DNA of 32,000 bases from Desulfocapsa sulfexigens DSM 10523 (GCF_000341395.1 NC_020304.1:1170001-1202000), one strand, 5' to 3'. Numbered from the stretch's first letter, positions 1-9,484 are shown. The notes: generated from the sequence alone by a model not told the origin. A program made the numbers and translations.

Positions 1-1
1 C

Positions 2-1057
2 TTACCGGATATCCCTCTCTTTAAGCCAAAAAAAGAAACACTCATTCTGCCTTTATCAACTGAGCTTGCGTTGATTGTTGAGATCACCTTTCTTGGTGTT
101 GCTGTCCTCCTCTTTCTCATGGGAAAATCATCTCCCTGGAAAGACCTTATTGACAATATCTCTATAAACTTCCTGGCTATTATTGTGGAAGCATTTCCTT
201 TTATGCTCATCGGTTCCCTTGCAGGGGGGATTATAGAAATGTTTGTATCGGTGACCTGGATAGAAAAGGTTTTCCGGCAGCGAAAAACAAGAGCCGTTTT
301 CCTGGCAGGTGGTTTGGGGCTATTTTTCCCAGTCTGTGAATGTGCCATTGTACCCGTTGTGAGAAGACTGCTTGGAAAAGGGATTCCTTTTGGAGCCGCT
401 ATTACCTTCCTGTTGGCAGGGCCTATCGTCAATGTCATTGTGGCTGCTTCCACTGCCATTGCATACAAGTATGATTGGCGCTTTGTTGTTGTCCGTCTGG
501 CAAGCGGCTACATTATCGCCGTCATTGTCGGCTTGCTGCTCGGTCTATTGTATAACCGGAAAAATGGACTGATTCCTGCCTGGGGGAAAACAGTTCCCTG
601 TGCCTGTGGTCATAATCATAATGATAAGGCTTTGCCCCTTTTACTTCGATTCCGCCATGCCATAGTACATGCCAGCGATGATTTTTTTGATGTGGGACGG
701 TACCTTGTCATTGGTGCATTTATTGCTGCTTTGATGCGCAGCACCGTTTCCATGGGAGCTTTTGCCGACCTGATGGCCTCACCGTGGCTGGCCATTATAT
801 TAATGATGGTAATGGCTGTTATCCTGAATCTCTGCAGTGAGGCAGATGCTTTTATCGCTGCCAGTTTCCGGGATCTTTTACCCGGCAGTGCTCAGATGGC
901 CTTTATGGTCATGGGGCCGATGCTCGATATTAAATTAATTTTGATGTACTTCAGTGTCTTTCGCAATCGAGTCATTTTGTCACTGATTCTTGTTGTTACG
1001 ACAACGGTATTGCTAGCCATGCTCGCCCTGGAGTACCTTCATATCGGTCTATCATAG
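2..1057 (+). CDS. Predicted permease, UPF0718/YraQ-like; frame is open to the window edge, so the true start may lie outside the window
   Basis: Multi-TM protein with a central linker and a 'PVCECAIVPVVRRLLGKGIPFGAAITFLLAGPIVN' motif typical of this permease family. The track starts at a TTG at 71, but the same frame reads without a stop from position 2 (LPDIPLFKPKKETLILPLSTELA...). Confidence 0.8.
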   Translation, partial: LPDIPLFKPKKETLILPLSTELALIVEITFLGVAVLLFLMGKSSPWKDLIDNISINFLAIIVEAFPFMLIGSLAGGIIEMFVSVTWIEKVFRQRKTRAVFLAGGLGLFFPVCECAIVPVVRRLLGKGIPFGAAITFLLAGPIVNVIVAASTAIAYKYDWRFVVVRLASGYIIAVIVGLLLGLLYNRKNGLIPAWGKTVPCACGHNHNDKALPLLLRFRHAIVHASDDFFDVGRYLVIGAFIAALMRSTVSMGAFADLMASPWLAIILMMVMAVILNLCSEADAFIAASFRDLLPGSAQMAFMVMGPMLDIKLILMYFSVFRNRVILSLILVVTTTVLLAMLALEYLHIGLS

Positions 1058-1067
1058 GAGAAATATT

Positions 1068-1787
1068 ATGCCGATATTGCTCTATAGCAAACTCTGTCTT
1101 CTTGGAATCTGGGCCCTTTTTTTCTGCTGGCTTGTGACTCTGGGTCAGAAAAATCTTGCCATGCTTCTTCATCCAAGCCTCTGGTGGCTTGTGGCTAGTG
1201 GTACCGTTATTCTGATTCTTTTTTTATTGGTGACCATGAAAAGGCAAATTGCAGAAAGCCGACAAGGTTCACTTGCCATACAGTGGCCCTCCCTCCTTAT
1301 TCTGCTTCTTCCATTGTTATATTTCACTCAAGTTCAGTCTGCACGCTTCAATAGCAGCACGTTTACGTCAAGAATCCTGCAGACGGAAGATGGATTTTTT
1401 CAGGGAAGTTTTGATGAGCAAGTGGCTGCTGAAATAAGAGCGTATGAGAAGGCAAACAAGGAGGTAGGACTGACTGAACTCCTTATGCATGCAGAGAAGT
1501 ATACAGGGAAGGAAGTGGAAGTGGTTTGTCAGACCTTTGTTGATGGACGTTTACCTGATAATCTGGTGATGTGTTATCGGTACCTGATGACCTGCTGTGC
1601 AGCTGATGCCAGGCCGATCTTTATCTTCATTGATCCTCCTGAGGGAACAAATGTTGAAAATGATAAATGGGTTAAAGTTAAAGGCACAGTGACGACAGTA
1701 ACCGGAACCCCTGGGATGGAAGTACCCGCCGTTATACCTGACTCTATACTCTATGTAAAAGAACCGAAATACCCTTATGTCTTTTGA
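1068..1787 (+). CDS. TIGR03943/DUF1980-like membrane protein, putative partner subunit of the preceding permease
   Basis: N-terminal TM segments and a C-terminal globular part (YTGKEVEVVCQTFVDGRLPDNLVMCYRYLMTCCAADARPIFIFI). Preceded by GGAG; begins 10 nt after the permease stop. Confidence 0.7.
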   Translation: MPILLYSKLCLLGIWALFFCWLVTLGQKNLAMLLHPSLWWLVASGTVILILFLLVTMKRQIAESRQGSLAIQWPSLLILLLPLLYFTQVQSARFNSSTFTSRILQTEDGFFQGSFDEQVAAEIRAYEKANKEVGLTELLMHAEKYTGKEVEVVCQTFVDGRLPDNLVMCYRYLMTCCAADARPIFIFIDPPEGTNVENDKWVKVKGTVTTVTGTPGMEVPAVIPDSILYVKEPKYPYVF

Positions 1788-1960
1788 TGACTTCAGTCAC
1801 GCCCATATGGAAAGAAACCTTTTCTGATTTAATCCTAGCGCCTAATGTATCTCAATTGCAGCTCGTTTTTACCTCTACAACCGTAAGCTAATTATTGCAA
1901 CGGTACGCAGCTAATAATAATTTTGCATAATGAGAGAAAATAAGTTGACCACTCCCTCTC

Positions 1961-1977
1961 GTGCAACTATGTTGCAC
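1961..1977. promoter_or_regulatory. Perfect 17-bp palindrome GTGCAAC-TAT-GTTGCAC over a candidate -10 element; putative Zur/Fur-family operator
   Basis: Arms are exactly complementary. TTGACC (1945-1950), 17-nt spacer, TATGTT (1968-1973) forms a plausible promoter whose -10 lies in the palindrome. Confidence 0.4.
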
Positions 1978-2058
1978 ACAAATTTGTTTGTATTTGACTA
2001 TTAAAATGGAGGGTAATGTGAATTTTTTTTTACATCTTTAATCTTTGGTTATTTTAGC

Positions 2059-2913
2059 TTGTTTTTGTCAATTCAAGCCGTATTTGCTGCCAATAAACCT
2101 ACAGTTTTCGTCAGCATACTTCCTCAGAAATTCTTTGTGCAACAAATTAGCACGGATTATGTCGATGTTCAGGTTATGGTACAGCCGGGAGCCAGCCCCG
2201 CTACCTACGAGCCAAAATCATCCCAGATGAAGCAATTAGCGTCAGCCAGTGCCTACTTTGCCATTGGTGTTCAGTTCGAATATACCTGGCTTGAAAAAAT
2301 AGCCGAAGTCAATCCGGAGATGAAAATTGTTCACACCGACAAAGGGATCCATAAATTGACTATGGCCAAACATCACCACGATGAGGTGCATCACGGAGAA
2401 AAGCATGGTCACCACGACGATCATGGTGGGCTCGACCCGCACATCTGGCTTTCCCCCTCGCTTGTGAAAAAACAAGCGGCCATAATAACCGATGCTCTTT
2501 CAAAAATCCTTCCAGAAAAAGCTTCGCTCTTTCACAAAAACCTTGAGGTTTTTGTCAGGCAGATCGACGAACTCGATGATGATCTGCGTAGCACCTTTAA
2601 AACGAAGAAAGGCATGCAGTTTATGGTTTTCCATCCTTCATGGGGCTACTTTGCCAACGATTACGGTCTGAAACAAGTTGCAATTGAAACAGAAGGTAAG
2701 GATCCCAAACCTGCCCAGCTCCGTAAACTGATTGAATTCGCCAGAGAACATGATATCCACGTTGTTTTCGTTCAACCACAATTCTCCACGAAAAGCGCCA
2801 CAGTGGTGGCAAAGGAAATCAAGGGAGAAGTTATCCCCATTAACCCGCTGGCTGAGGATTGGTCAACCAATATGCGGGTTGTTGCCGACAAATTCAAGAG
2901 TGTCCTACAATAA
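2059..2913 (+). CDS. znuA: Zinc ABC transporter substrate-binding protein, ZnuA-like; the 5' end may be frame-broken or extend upstream
   Basis: Periplasmic metal-binding protein with His-rich loop (KHHHDEVHHGEKHGHHDDHGGLDPHIW) and conserved MVFHPSWGYFANDYGL; followed by znuC and znuB. Confidence 0.9.
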   Translation: MFLSIQAVFAANKPTVFVSILPQKFFVQQISTDYVDVQVMVQPGASPATYEPKSSQMKQLASASAYFAIGVQFEYTWLEKIAEVNPEMKIVHTDKGIHKLTMAKHHHDEVHHGEKHGHHDDHGGLDPHIWLSPSLVKKQAAIITDALSKILPEKASLFHKNLEVFVRQIDELDDDLRSTFKTKKGMQFMVFHPSWGYFANDYGLKQVAIETEGKDPKPAQLRKLIEFAREHDIHVVFVQPQFSTKSATVVAKEIKGEVIPINPLAEDWSTNMRVVADKFKSVLQ

Positions 2914-2924
2914 TATCCAACCCC

Positions 2925-3704
2925 ATGACTACTCCCATCATTAAAATATCTGATATGTGCTATTCCTATGGCGGGCAGGATATTTTGCATGATATCAATC
3001 TCAGCCTGAATGAAGGAGATTTCGTTGCCATTATTGGCCCGAACGGCGGGGGAAAGACAACCCTGTTGAAATTGATCCTCGGAATACTGACACCAACCAG
3101 GGGCACGATTAGTATTAAAAACCAGGAGCCACGCTCCCACATAGCCTCTATCGGTTATGTGCCGCAACATGTGAACCATAACCTGAATTTTCCGGCAACG
3201 GCTCTGGATGTTGTTTTGATGGGAATGCATGAACCTGCTCGGAGATTTCAACGTGGTAATTCAAAACAAAAGCGCAAGGAAGCCCTGACAGTTATGGATA
3301 AACTCGGGATAGAGAATTGCGCTGGTCATAAAATCGCAGCTCTTTCCGGAGGGCAGAGACAGAGAGTCCTGATTGCCCGGGCGTTGATCTCACACCCTCA
3401 ATTGCTTGTACTGGATGAAGCCACAGCATCCATTGACACCAAGGGACAGAGTGACTTTTACAACCTTCTTAAGGAACTGAATAAGGAGTTAACCATCCTT
3501 ATGGTCAGTCATGATCTCATGATTGTTGCATCATACGCAAAATCATTTGCCTGTTTGAATCGCACCTTGCATTACCATCAATCATTTAATTCTCCCGGTG
3601 ATGTATTCAATGCCTTTCATTCCTGTTCGGTTGAGGAGATGTGTCCGGTCAGCGTCGTTGTACGGACTAACGAATTTAAGAGCCGACATGGGGAAAATAC
3701 ATGA
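2925..3704 (+). CDS. znuC: Zinc/metal ABC transporter ATP-binding protein
   Basis: Walker A GPNGGGKTTLLK, signature LSGGQRQRVLIARAL, Walker B LLVLDEATASID. Start assigned to the ATG at 2925 (MTTPIIKISDMCYSYGG). Confidence 0.92.
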   Translation: MTTPIIKISDMCYSYGGQDILHDINLSLNEGDFVAIIGPNGGGKTTLLKLILGILTPTRGTISIKNQEPRSHIASIGYVPQHVNHNLNFPATALDVVLMGMHEPARRFQRGNSKQKRKEALTVMDKLGIENCAGHKIAALSGGQRQRVLIARALISHPQLLVLDEATASIDTKGQSDFYNLLKELNKELTILMVSHDLMIVASYAKSFACLNRTLHYHQSFNSPGDVFNAFHSCSVEEMCPVSVVVRTNEFKSRHGENT

Positions 3705-4546
3705 TAGATGCCTTCCAATTTGAATTTATGCGTAACGCACTGTTGGCTGGCCTTTTGGCCAGCGTTACCTGTGGGATTATCGGGACGCTGATTGTGGTAA
3801 ACAGGCTGGTGTTTTTATCAGGCGGCGTTGCCCATAGCGCCTATGGTGGTATCGGTCTGGCATTTTATTTTGGCTGGCCTTATATGATAGGAGCAACTTC
3901 TTTTGCCTTTGTTTCGGCAATGATAATGGCTGCAGTTACCCTTAAATCAAAACAGCGAGCTGATACCATAATAGGGGTGATGTGGGCTGTGGGAATGGCA
4001 ATCGGTATTTTATTGATTGATATGACCCCCGGCTACAATGTTGATCTGATGAGTTACCTGTTCGGAAGCATCCTGAGTGTCCCTCAAAGTGATCTTATTG
4101 CAATGGCAAGTCTTACAGCCGTGATTCTGGCTCTTGTCTGCTACTATTACAAAGACTTGCTTGTCATGTCATATGACGAAGAATTTGCCCGGGTACGTGG
4201 AATACCTGTCAGGGCTCTCTACTTTATGCTTATTGGAACAGTTGCCGTGACAGTGGTAATTGTGGTTCAGGTTGTCGGGCTTGTGCTTGTTATTGCTCTT
4301 TTGACAATTTCTCCCTATATTGCAGAAAAATATACGAGATCACTGCTGCAGATGATGATCGTTTCAAGTGTACTGGGGATGGTATTTATCTGCTCTGGTC
4401 TTTGGGCTTCCTATGTTTACGATCTAACTTCAGGGGCAGCTATCATTCTTGTCGCAGGGATTGGATTCTTCCTGTCGCTCCTGTTTGACAGAATCGTCTT
4501 GATGCAACGAAGAAAAATCTGGCTGAAAGCCCACGGATCCCGCTGA
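3701..4546 (+). CDS. znuB: Metal ABC transporter permease
   Basis: ABC-3 family multi-TM protein (MRNALLAGLLASVTCGIIGTLIVVNRLVFLSGGVAHSAYGGIG); start overlaps the znuC stop. Confidence 0.9.
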   Translation: MIDAFQFEFMRNALLAGLLASVTCGIIGTLIVVNRLVFLSGGVAHSAYGGIGLAFYFGWPYMIGATSFAFVSAMIMAAVTLKSKQRADTIIGVMWAVGMAIGILLIDMTPGYNVDLMSYLFGSILSVPQSDLIAMASLTAVILALVCYYYKDLLVMSYDEEFARVRGIPVRALYFMLIGTVAVTVVIVVQVVGLVLVIALLTISPYIAEKYTRSLLQMMIVSSVLGMVFICSGLWASYVYDLTSGAAIILVAGIGFFLSLLFDRIVLMQRRKIWLKAHGSR

Positions 4547-4565
4547 AATTAAATGGAAACGATAC

Positions 4566-5000
4566 ATGTGTGAACAATGTGACTATGGGAACTTGCTGGA
4601 GTCTGCAGGGCTTGAAGCAACTGCAAACCGCCTGCTCATCATGGAGGTGATCGGGAGCAATAATTATCCGCTTACCGCCATGGAAGTTCTCAGCACCGTT
4701 GAACGAACCCGAGCAATCAACCGGGTGACCGTATACAGAATACTCGATCTCCTTGTTGAAAGGCATCTCCTTGAACGAATAAGTGCTGGTGGAAGAGCTA
4801 CTTATTTTGGCATAGCACCCAATGCGAATCACCCACAACATCCACATTTTTACTGCACAAACTGCGGCCTGATAAATTGTCTCAGCCCCGAAAGTTTGAC
4901 AGTACACTCCGAAAATTTCCAAAAGACCTTTCCCGGCAATATCAAGCGTATTGAAATACGGGTTGAAGGTATCTGTAACACCTGTTTGAAACAAAAATAA
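4566..5000 (+). CDS. zur: Fur-family transcriptional regulator, probably Zur given its location
   Basis: Winged-helix Fur pattern (YPLTAMEVLSTVERTRAINRVTVYRILDLLVERHLL) with HPQHPHFYCTNCGLINCL and a final CNTCLKQK metal site. Confidence 0.8.
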   Translation: MCEQCDYGNLLESAGLEATANRLLIMEVIGSNNYPLTAMEVLSTVERTRAINRVTVYRILDLLVERHLLERISAGGRATYFGIAPNANHPQHPHFYCTNCGLINCLSPESLTVHSENFQKTFPGNIKRIEIRVEGICNTCLKQK

Positions 5001-5016
5001 ACCTGATTATCACCAA

Positions 5017-5049
5017 TCCTCAGCCTACCCGTCTGAGGAGGAGTTTTTT
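5017..5049 (+). terminator. Probable rho-independent terminator after zur
   Basis: TCCTCAG (5017-5023) pairs with CTGAGGA (5033-5039), followed shortly by TTTTTT (5044-5049). Confidence 0.5.
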
Positions 5050-5212
5050 CGTGTTGATTATATGGGCATCTGCGGCCTGGACGGCCGCAGCAGAGCCCCC
5101 AGGGATGGGTTTATGGCGTCCCATACAATCGACACGGAACAACTCCGGGTTGCAAAGCTGAGTTTCGATGGTAATCAGGAAAATAAATCTATTTTAAAGA
5201 AGGCAGATTTTT

Positions 5213-5273
5213 CTTTTAGATCATCACCAGCAGTAATCGATGCCGTAAACCGGCCCATCGAAGCAGGGCCAAG
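5213..5273 (-). repeat. Copy A of a 61-bp dispersed intergenic repeat
   Basis: Gapless alignment with 16174-16234, 50/61 identical by hand count. Confidence 0.65.
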
Positions 5274-5340
5274 AAGGTGAGTCACAAAACAAATACTCTT
5301 TTAATAAGTGAAAAATAGCAAAAGGGGCTGTGGTCCTGAT

Positions 5341-8310
5341 TTAAAAGCACCAGACAATCCCACCAGACAACATCTGAGTAGTGGTTCCATCTGCAAAGGA
5401 GGATTCATAGTTCAGAAACAGAGTCAGACTCTTGTTATAGTCTGCTGACATCCCCAAGCTTACCAGCATGGCGTTATCGACGGGATCGGCACCTGTCACC
5501 CTAAAATTATTTACCTGATAATCAACGAAATTTGCATTCAACTCCATTGCATCATTTTTGAACCAGTGCACAAGGTCTAAGCCTGCAGTCGGATGAAAAT
5601 GCCAACCAGCACCACCATCGAAGAGACCTGAGAGACGCAAACCGAGTAGTCCTGAAAGGGTATCGGTAACTTTGCTCTGTATGTGAAATCCAAAATCATC
5701 GACACCTTGCTCCGTGAATCCATCCTGGTCAAGATACAGATAGTTAATTGAGGCGGTGGGGACGAGAAGTAGATTGCCAAAAGAGTAATTATACGTGCCG
5801 GAGAGTGTTGCATCCACCACATTTGAATCGAAATCGCCCACTGCCCTGCTGCTAAAGACAGGAGTATCAATAAAACGGGCAACACTGTTATCAAGATTGG
5901 TATAGCCTAAACCACCATCAAGAGAGAAGTCCTCAAATCGAGCACTGCTGTAAAGTTTGATGTGTTTGCCGGTTATCGAGCCACTCTCTTTCAGTTTATC
6001 CCAGGAAAGGTCACTGCTGCTGTAACCTAGCATCAATCCTGCCCGTACCATGGCGCCAAAAGTACGGTCCATGCCGAAGACAGTTCCTCCGGTATCAACT
6101 GTATATCCCGAGATCCAATTCTCTTCATCCTGGTCAAGCCGGCTACCGATAGCTCTTCCCCAGACACTCCACAGTTGTTTTTGGTCATCATCAACAGTGA
6201 CCGGAGTCCAATAGAACTCCTGTTGTCTTAAGGTCGCCATCCGATTAAAGGTTCCAGCGATGGAAAGCCCCGAGGGGGCAAAGGAAGTATATATCTCTGG
6301 ATTCAGACCGTTCAGGGTGGCACTGAGTTTGGCAGGGTCCATTGCAAAATCCATTGCCAGGAGCAGGTCTGTCATGCTCCCTTGGGCCGACGGCAGGATC
6401 TGATCGAGAGCCGAACCAACTGCCGCCTGATTAGGGCTGGCACCAAAGCTTGAATAGGGGGTGCGATCAACAACAAGGCTCAGAGAGCCACCTGTATAAA
6501 CCGGTTCAAGTGCAATGGTATATGATGTGAAATTAGAGCTGATTGAAGAGAACCTCCCATGGATTCCATCATCTGCGGCAAGGATATTCCATCGAGTTCC
6601 GTCAGGATAGAGGGCTCGCTCCAAAGAGGCGGTGATTTTCCCATGATCAATGGATACAGCTCCCCCCACCTTGAGCAGGTCGCTCCTTTCATTTGCCGCC
6701 AGTTCCACGTTAAAGATACTGCCCGGCATAAAGTCGACTGAGCCATTCACGGTTAAGGTACCGATGGAATTTCCAGGTGACACAATACCATAGGCTTTGA
6801 CGTCGCTGAAAATATTACCATTACCACCCAGCAAACCGTTTTTACCCACTATCAGGAGTGAGGTAAACAGACTGCCATTAACAGAGAGACTGCCGCGGTG
6901 GATAGTGGCTGTACCTCCAGAGAGATCCCAGGTACCGACAAGCGTGCTGTTACCGCCAAAGATCTCCAGGTTTTCGAAATTAAGATAGCGACTGCCGTCC
7001 ACCGTCCCCACGTTGTCGAAGGCAAGGGTATCCGTGCCAGCACCGCCGTCGGCCGTCCCGGTCAGGGTGCCACCATCAGCCAGAAAAAAAGTATCATCAC
7101 CTGCCTCCATCTCAACCGAGCCATTGAGGGTTCCGGCCAGGTTGATAGTGTCATTATAGTTACCGAGTGCGACAACACCTGTGGTAATCGATCCGCTATT
7201 AAGAGTGACCGTAATCGGCCCCCCAGCTGCAAGAATGGCATCATCGGAGGGAGATCCGGATAAGTTTCTGACCATTCCGTCAACGGTTATGGTAATAGCT
7301 TGCCCATACCCTGAGTAGGAATAGATGCCAGCGCCATCTCCCTGTACCAGGCTCGAAGATCCTACGGTTATGGTGGTAGGACCGCCGAGATTAATGGCAT
7401 ATATCCCGGCACCGCCAATACCGGTAACCGTTCCACTGGTGGTCACCGTCAAACTGTCGCCGGTAATATTAATGGCAGCTAGACCGTCATATCCACCTGT
7501 AACATTCGCCGCTGATATACTAAGATCGGTACCATAATTGATGGCATAAATTCCCATAATGCCACCCATAACCGTGCCACTCGTGGAAATCGAAAGGGCA
7601 CCACTTCCAGAGTTATCGGCATAGACACCGGCCACGCCACCGTACACATTCTTTGCTGATATGTTCAGGTCAGTACCTGCGTTATTCGCCTTTATTCCAT
7701 AAAGGGCAGCTCCTTCAACAGTACCACTCGATGTGATTGACAACGATCCACTACCGGTGTTAAGCGCTACGATGCCATGAAGACCACCCGTCACATCGGC
7801 CGTTGATATGTCCACGTCACTTCCACTATTGAATGCTACGATGCCATGAGTACCACCTGTCACATCGGCCGTTGATATGTTCAAGTCACTTCCGTAATTG
7901 CGTGCGAATATGCCATGAACACCACCTGTCACCGTGCCATTAATTGTGATCGACAGCACTTCACTGCTACTGTTATTTGCTAAAATACCGCTATAACTTC
8001 CAGTGATGGTCGACAAATTGGTGTCGGTAATGGTGAGACCGCCTACAGCCCTAAAATCTAAGGCATCGCCTCCATTTGTACTGGTGTCAATACCGAAACC
8101 AGCTGCCGTAGTCACCGTAAGGGGAGAAGCAATATCAATGGTCTGTTCCGTATCCATTGTTGAATTTGCAGGATCTGAGCAGAGGTACGTGCCAGCGGCC
8201 CCTGTACAGGTACCGGCAAAAGCACGATGGTAATAACCGGATAACATGCTGACCATGAGAGTGCTCGCTCTCAAGAGAGGAACAATGGCTTTTCGACAAG
8301 TAGGAATCAT
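5341..8310 (-). CDS. Autotransporter: signal peptide, repetitive beta-helix passenger, C-terminal outer-membrane beta-barrel
   Basis: About 989 aa from the internal start MIPTCRKAIVPLLRAS. Passenger has Gly/Thr/Ser-rich repeats (GIVAxNSGSDxxISTADVTGG); C-terminal barrel starts near KQLWSVWGRAIGSRLDQDEEN and ends in an aromatic residue (MLSGGIVWCF). Confidence 0.85.
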   Translation of the reverse strand: MIPTCRKAIVPLLRASTLMVSMLSGYYHRAFAGTCTGAAGTYLCSDPANSTMDTEQTIDIASPLTVTTAAGFGIDTSTNGGDALDFRAVGGLTITDTNLSTITGSYSGILANNSSSEVLSITINGTVTGGVHGIFARNYGSDLNISTADVTGGTHGIVAFNSGSDVDISTADVTGGLHGIVALNTGSGSLSITSSGTVEGAALYGIKANNAGTDLNISAKNVYGGVAGVYADNSGSGALSISTSGTVMGGIMGIYAINYGTDLSISAANVTGGYDGLAAINITGDSLTVTTSGTVTGIGGAGIYAINLGGPTTITVGSSSLVQGDGAGIYSYSGYGQAITITVDGMVRNLSGSPSDDAILAAGGPITVTLNSGSITTGVVALGNYNDTINLAGTLNGSVEMEAGDDTFFLADGGTLTGTADGGAGTDTLAFDNVGTVDGSRYLNFENLEIFGGNSTLVGTWDLSGGTATIHRGSLSVNGSLFTSLLIVGKNGLLGGNGNIFSDVKAYGIVSPGNSIGTLTVNGSVDFMPGSIFNVELAANERSDLLKVGGAVSIDHGKITASLERALYPDGTRWNILAADDGIHGRFSSISSNFTSYTIALEPVYTGGSLSLVVDRTPYSSFGASPNQAAVGSALDQILPSAQGSMTDLLLAMDFAMDPAKLSATLNGLNPEIYTSFAPSGLSIAGTFNRMATLRQQEFYWTPVTVDDDQKQLWSVWGRAIGSRLDQDEENWISGYTVDTGGTVFGMDRTFGAMVRAGLMLGYSSSDLSWDKLKESGSITGKHIKLYSSARFEDFSLDGGLGYTNLDNSVARFIDTPVFSSRAVGDFDSNVVDATLSGTYNYSFGNLLLVPTASINYLYLDQDGFTEQGVDDFGFHIQSKVTDTLSGLLGLRLSGLFDGGAGWHFHPTAGLDLVHWFKNDAMELNANFVDYQVNNFRVTGADPVDNAMLVSLGMSADYNKSLTLFLNYESSFADGTTTQMLSGGIVWCF
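7766..7903 (-). repeat. Two tandem 69-nt (23-codon) repeats inside the autotransporter passenger
   Basis: GCTACGATGCCATGA(A/G)...ACCACC(C/T)GTCACATCGGCCGTTGATATGT(C/T)CA(C/A)GTCACTTCC occurs at 7766-7834 and again at 7835-7903. Confidence 0.7.
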
Positions 8311-8338
8311 GGTATTTTTTCTGTCGTTTAAGGGGATG

Positions 8339-9484
8339 TCATGTATAGGTGGAAGATGGGATGGATGGCTCATAGGTGACCAGTCCTGCCGCATCAGATG
8401 AATTTGGGCTGACAGTCATAGGGCAGCGGAAGCCGGGAATAACAGCAACATCGAACAATTCGGCCACTGCCCCGTCGATACGAAGCCAGTCGATGCAACA
8501 GCGCTTATCCAGATCGATGACCTGGATACCGCACCACGGTTCAGAGTCGGCATCTTTCAACTTTTGATCAAGTGCTAATCCTTCAAAGCGTTTGTAGCGG
8601 GGCTTTGACAAACCCACAAAGGCAAGGTTGCCATGGAATGCCAGGCCACGAAGAAATCCGGGACAGAAGACCCGTGGCTCAAAGCGTCCCTTTTCTTCCT
8701 GTCCATCCTTCGGGAGAGTCACAACGCCCAATTCGCCGGTTCCAGCGTTAAGGATCCATAGTTCTCCCTTATACATTCTGGGTGAATGCGGCATGGACAA
8801 CCCGTCACAGACAATCCGGCTGGTCTGTACATCAATCACGATCCCCCCACCGTCACGCCGGTCTCGCCAGCCGTCGATAGTATCCGAGCGGCTGACTGCG
8901 GTCACATAGGCCGGTTGGCCGTCATCATCCATGGCTAACCCATTGAGATGGCAACGATCTTCACTTACAATGGCTGAGATAAATGGTGGTTTCCAAAGTA
9001 CCTCGAAGCTGTGTTGGGGCGATACCGTGGCCAGGCAGTTGAAGCGGGTGTTGACGAAGATAATCTGCCCGTTACGATCGACGCCAATATCGTGGGCATC
9101 AAGCTCGCCCGTTATATGGATTGTTCGCGGCATAAAACAGGCATCGAAGGTCTCGTTAACCCGTTCATGCAATTGCAGAACGTTTGCCAGTTCGATAATC
9201 TGAAAACCTGCTGAGAGTACGATTCTCCCATGATTGTTGTGGGCGAGACCCATGGGTTTGATCATGGCGCTTTGATGGAGATGGACACCTCCATTGGGTA
9301 AAACACCCAGCATATAAAGCAGATTGGACTGATAGGAAGTGAAGGCGATGGAGAGGTTCAACCTCTGCAGACGGACAGCCAGTCCCCCTGAGAGGGAGTA
9401 GTCGACGGGGAGTTCTCCTTCCACTGATTTGGCGAGTTCGGCCTGCTGCATAGCAGAAACCTTTTCCTTTTCCAAAAACCCCAT
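8339..9484 (-). CDS. TIGR03032/DUF4915-like family protein
   Basis: SLSGGLAVRLQRLNLSIAFTSYQSNLLYMLGV, followed by repeated beta-propeller-like strands (HNNHGRIVLSAGFQIIELANVL, GELWILNAGTGELGVV, FVGLSKPRYKRFEGL). The start could instead be the internal Met12. Confidence 0.65.
   Translation of the reverse strand: MGFLEKEKVSAMQQAELAKSVEGELPVDYSLSGGLAVRLQRLNLSIAFTSYQSNLLYMLGVLPNGGVHLHQSAMIKPMGLAHNNHGRIVLSAGFQIIELANVLQLHERVNETFDACFMPRTIHITGELDAHDIGVDRNGQIIFVNTRFNCLATVSPQHSFEVLWKPPFISAIVSEDRCHLNGLAMDDDGQPAYVTAVSRSDTIDGWRDRRDGGGIVIDVQTSRIVCDGLSMPHSPRMYKGELWILNAGTGELGVVTLPKDGQEEKGRFEPRVFCPGFLRGLAFHGNLAFVGLSKPRYKRFEGLALDQKLKDADSEPWCGIQVIDLDKRCCIDWLRIDGAVAELFDVAVIPGFRCPMTVSPNSSDAAGLVTYEPSIPSSTYT

Noticed and set aside
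5062-5280. 72-aa plus-strand ORF after zur
   Set aside because: Overlaps repeat copy A; comparing the two repeat copies favours the minus-strand reading frame, so this ORF is probably spurious.
7700-7920. CRISPR-like periodic repeats
   Set aside because: The periodic units are in-frame, contiguous and encode beta-helix repeats, with no constant repeat/variable spacer structure.
6559-8233. Several 60-120-aa ORFs antisense to the autotransporter gene
   Set aside because: Low-complexity shadow ORFs opposite a repetitive coding sequence, with no recognisable domains or RBS; the minus-strand gene explains the region.
5341-9484. Contact-dependent or polymorphic toxin delivery locus
   Set aside because: The autotransporter barrel and repetitive passenger are clear, but no toxin tip, two-partner secretion domain or immunity gene is visible.
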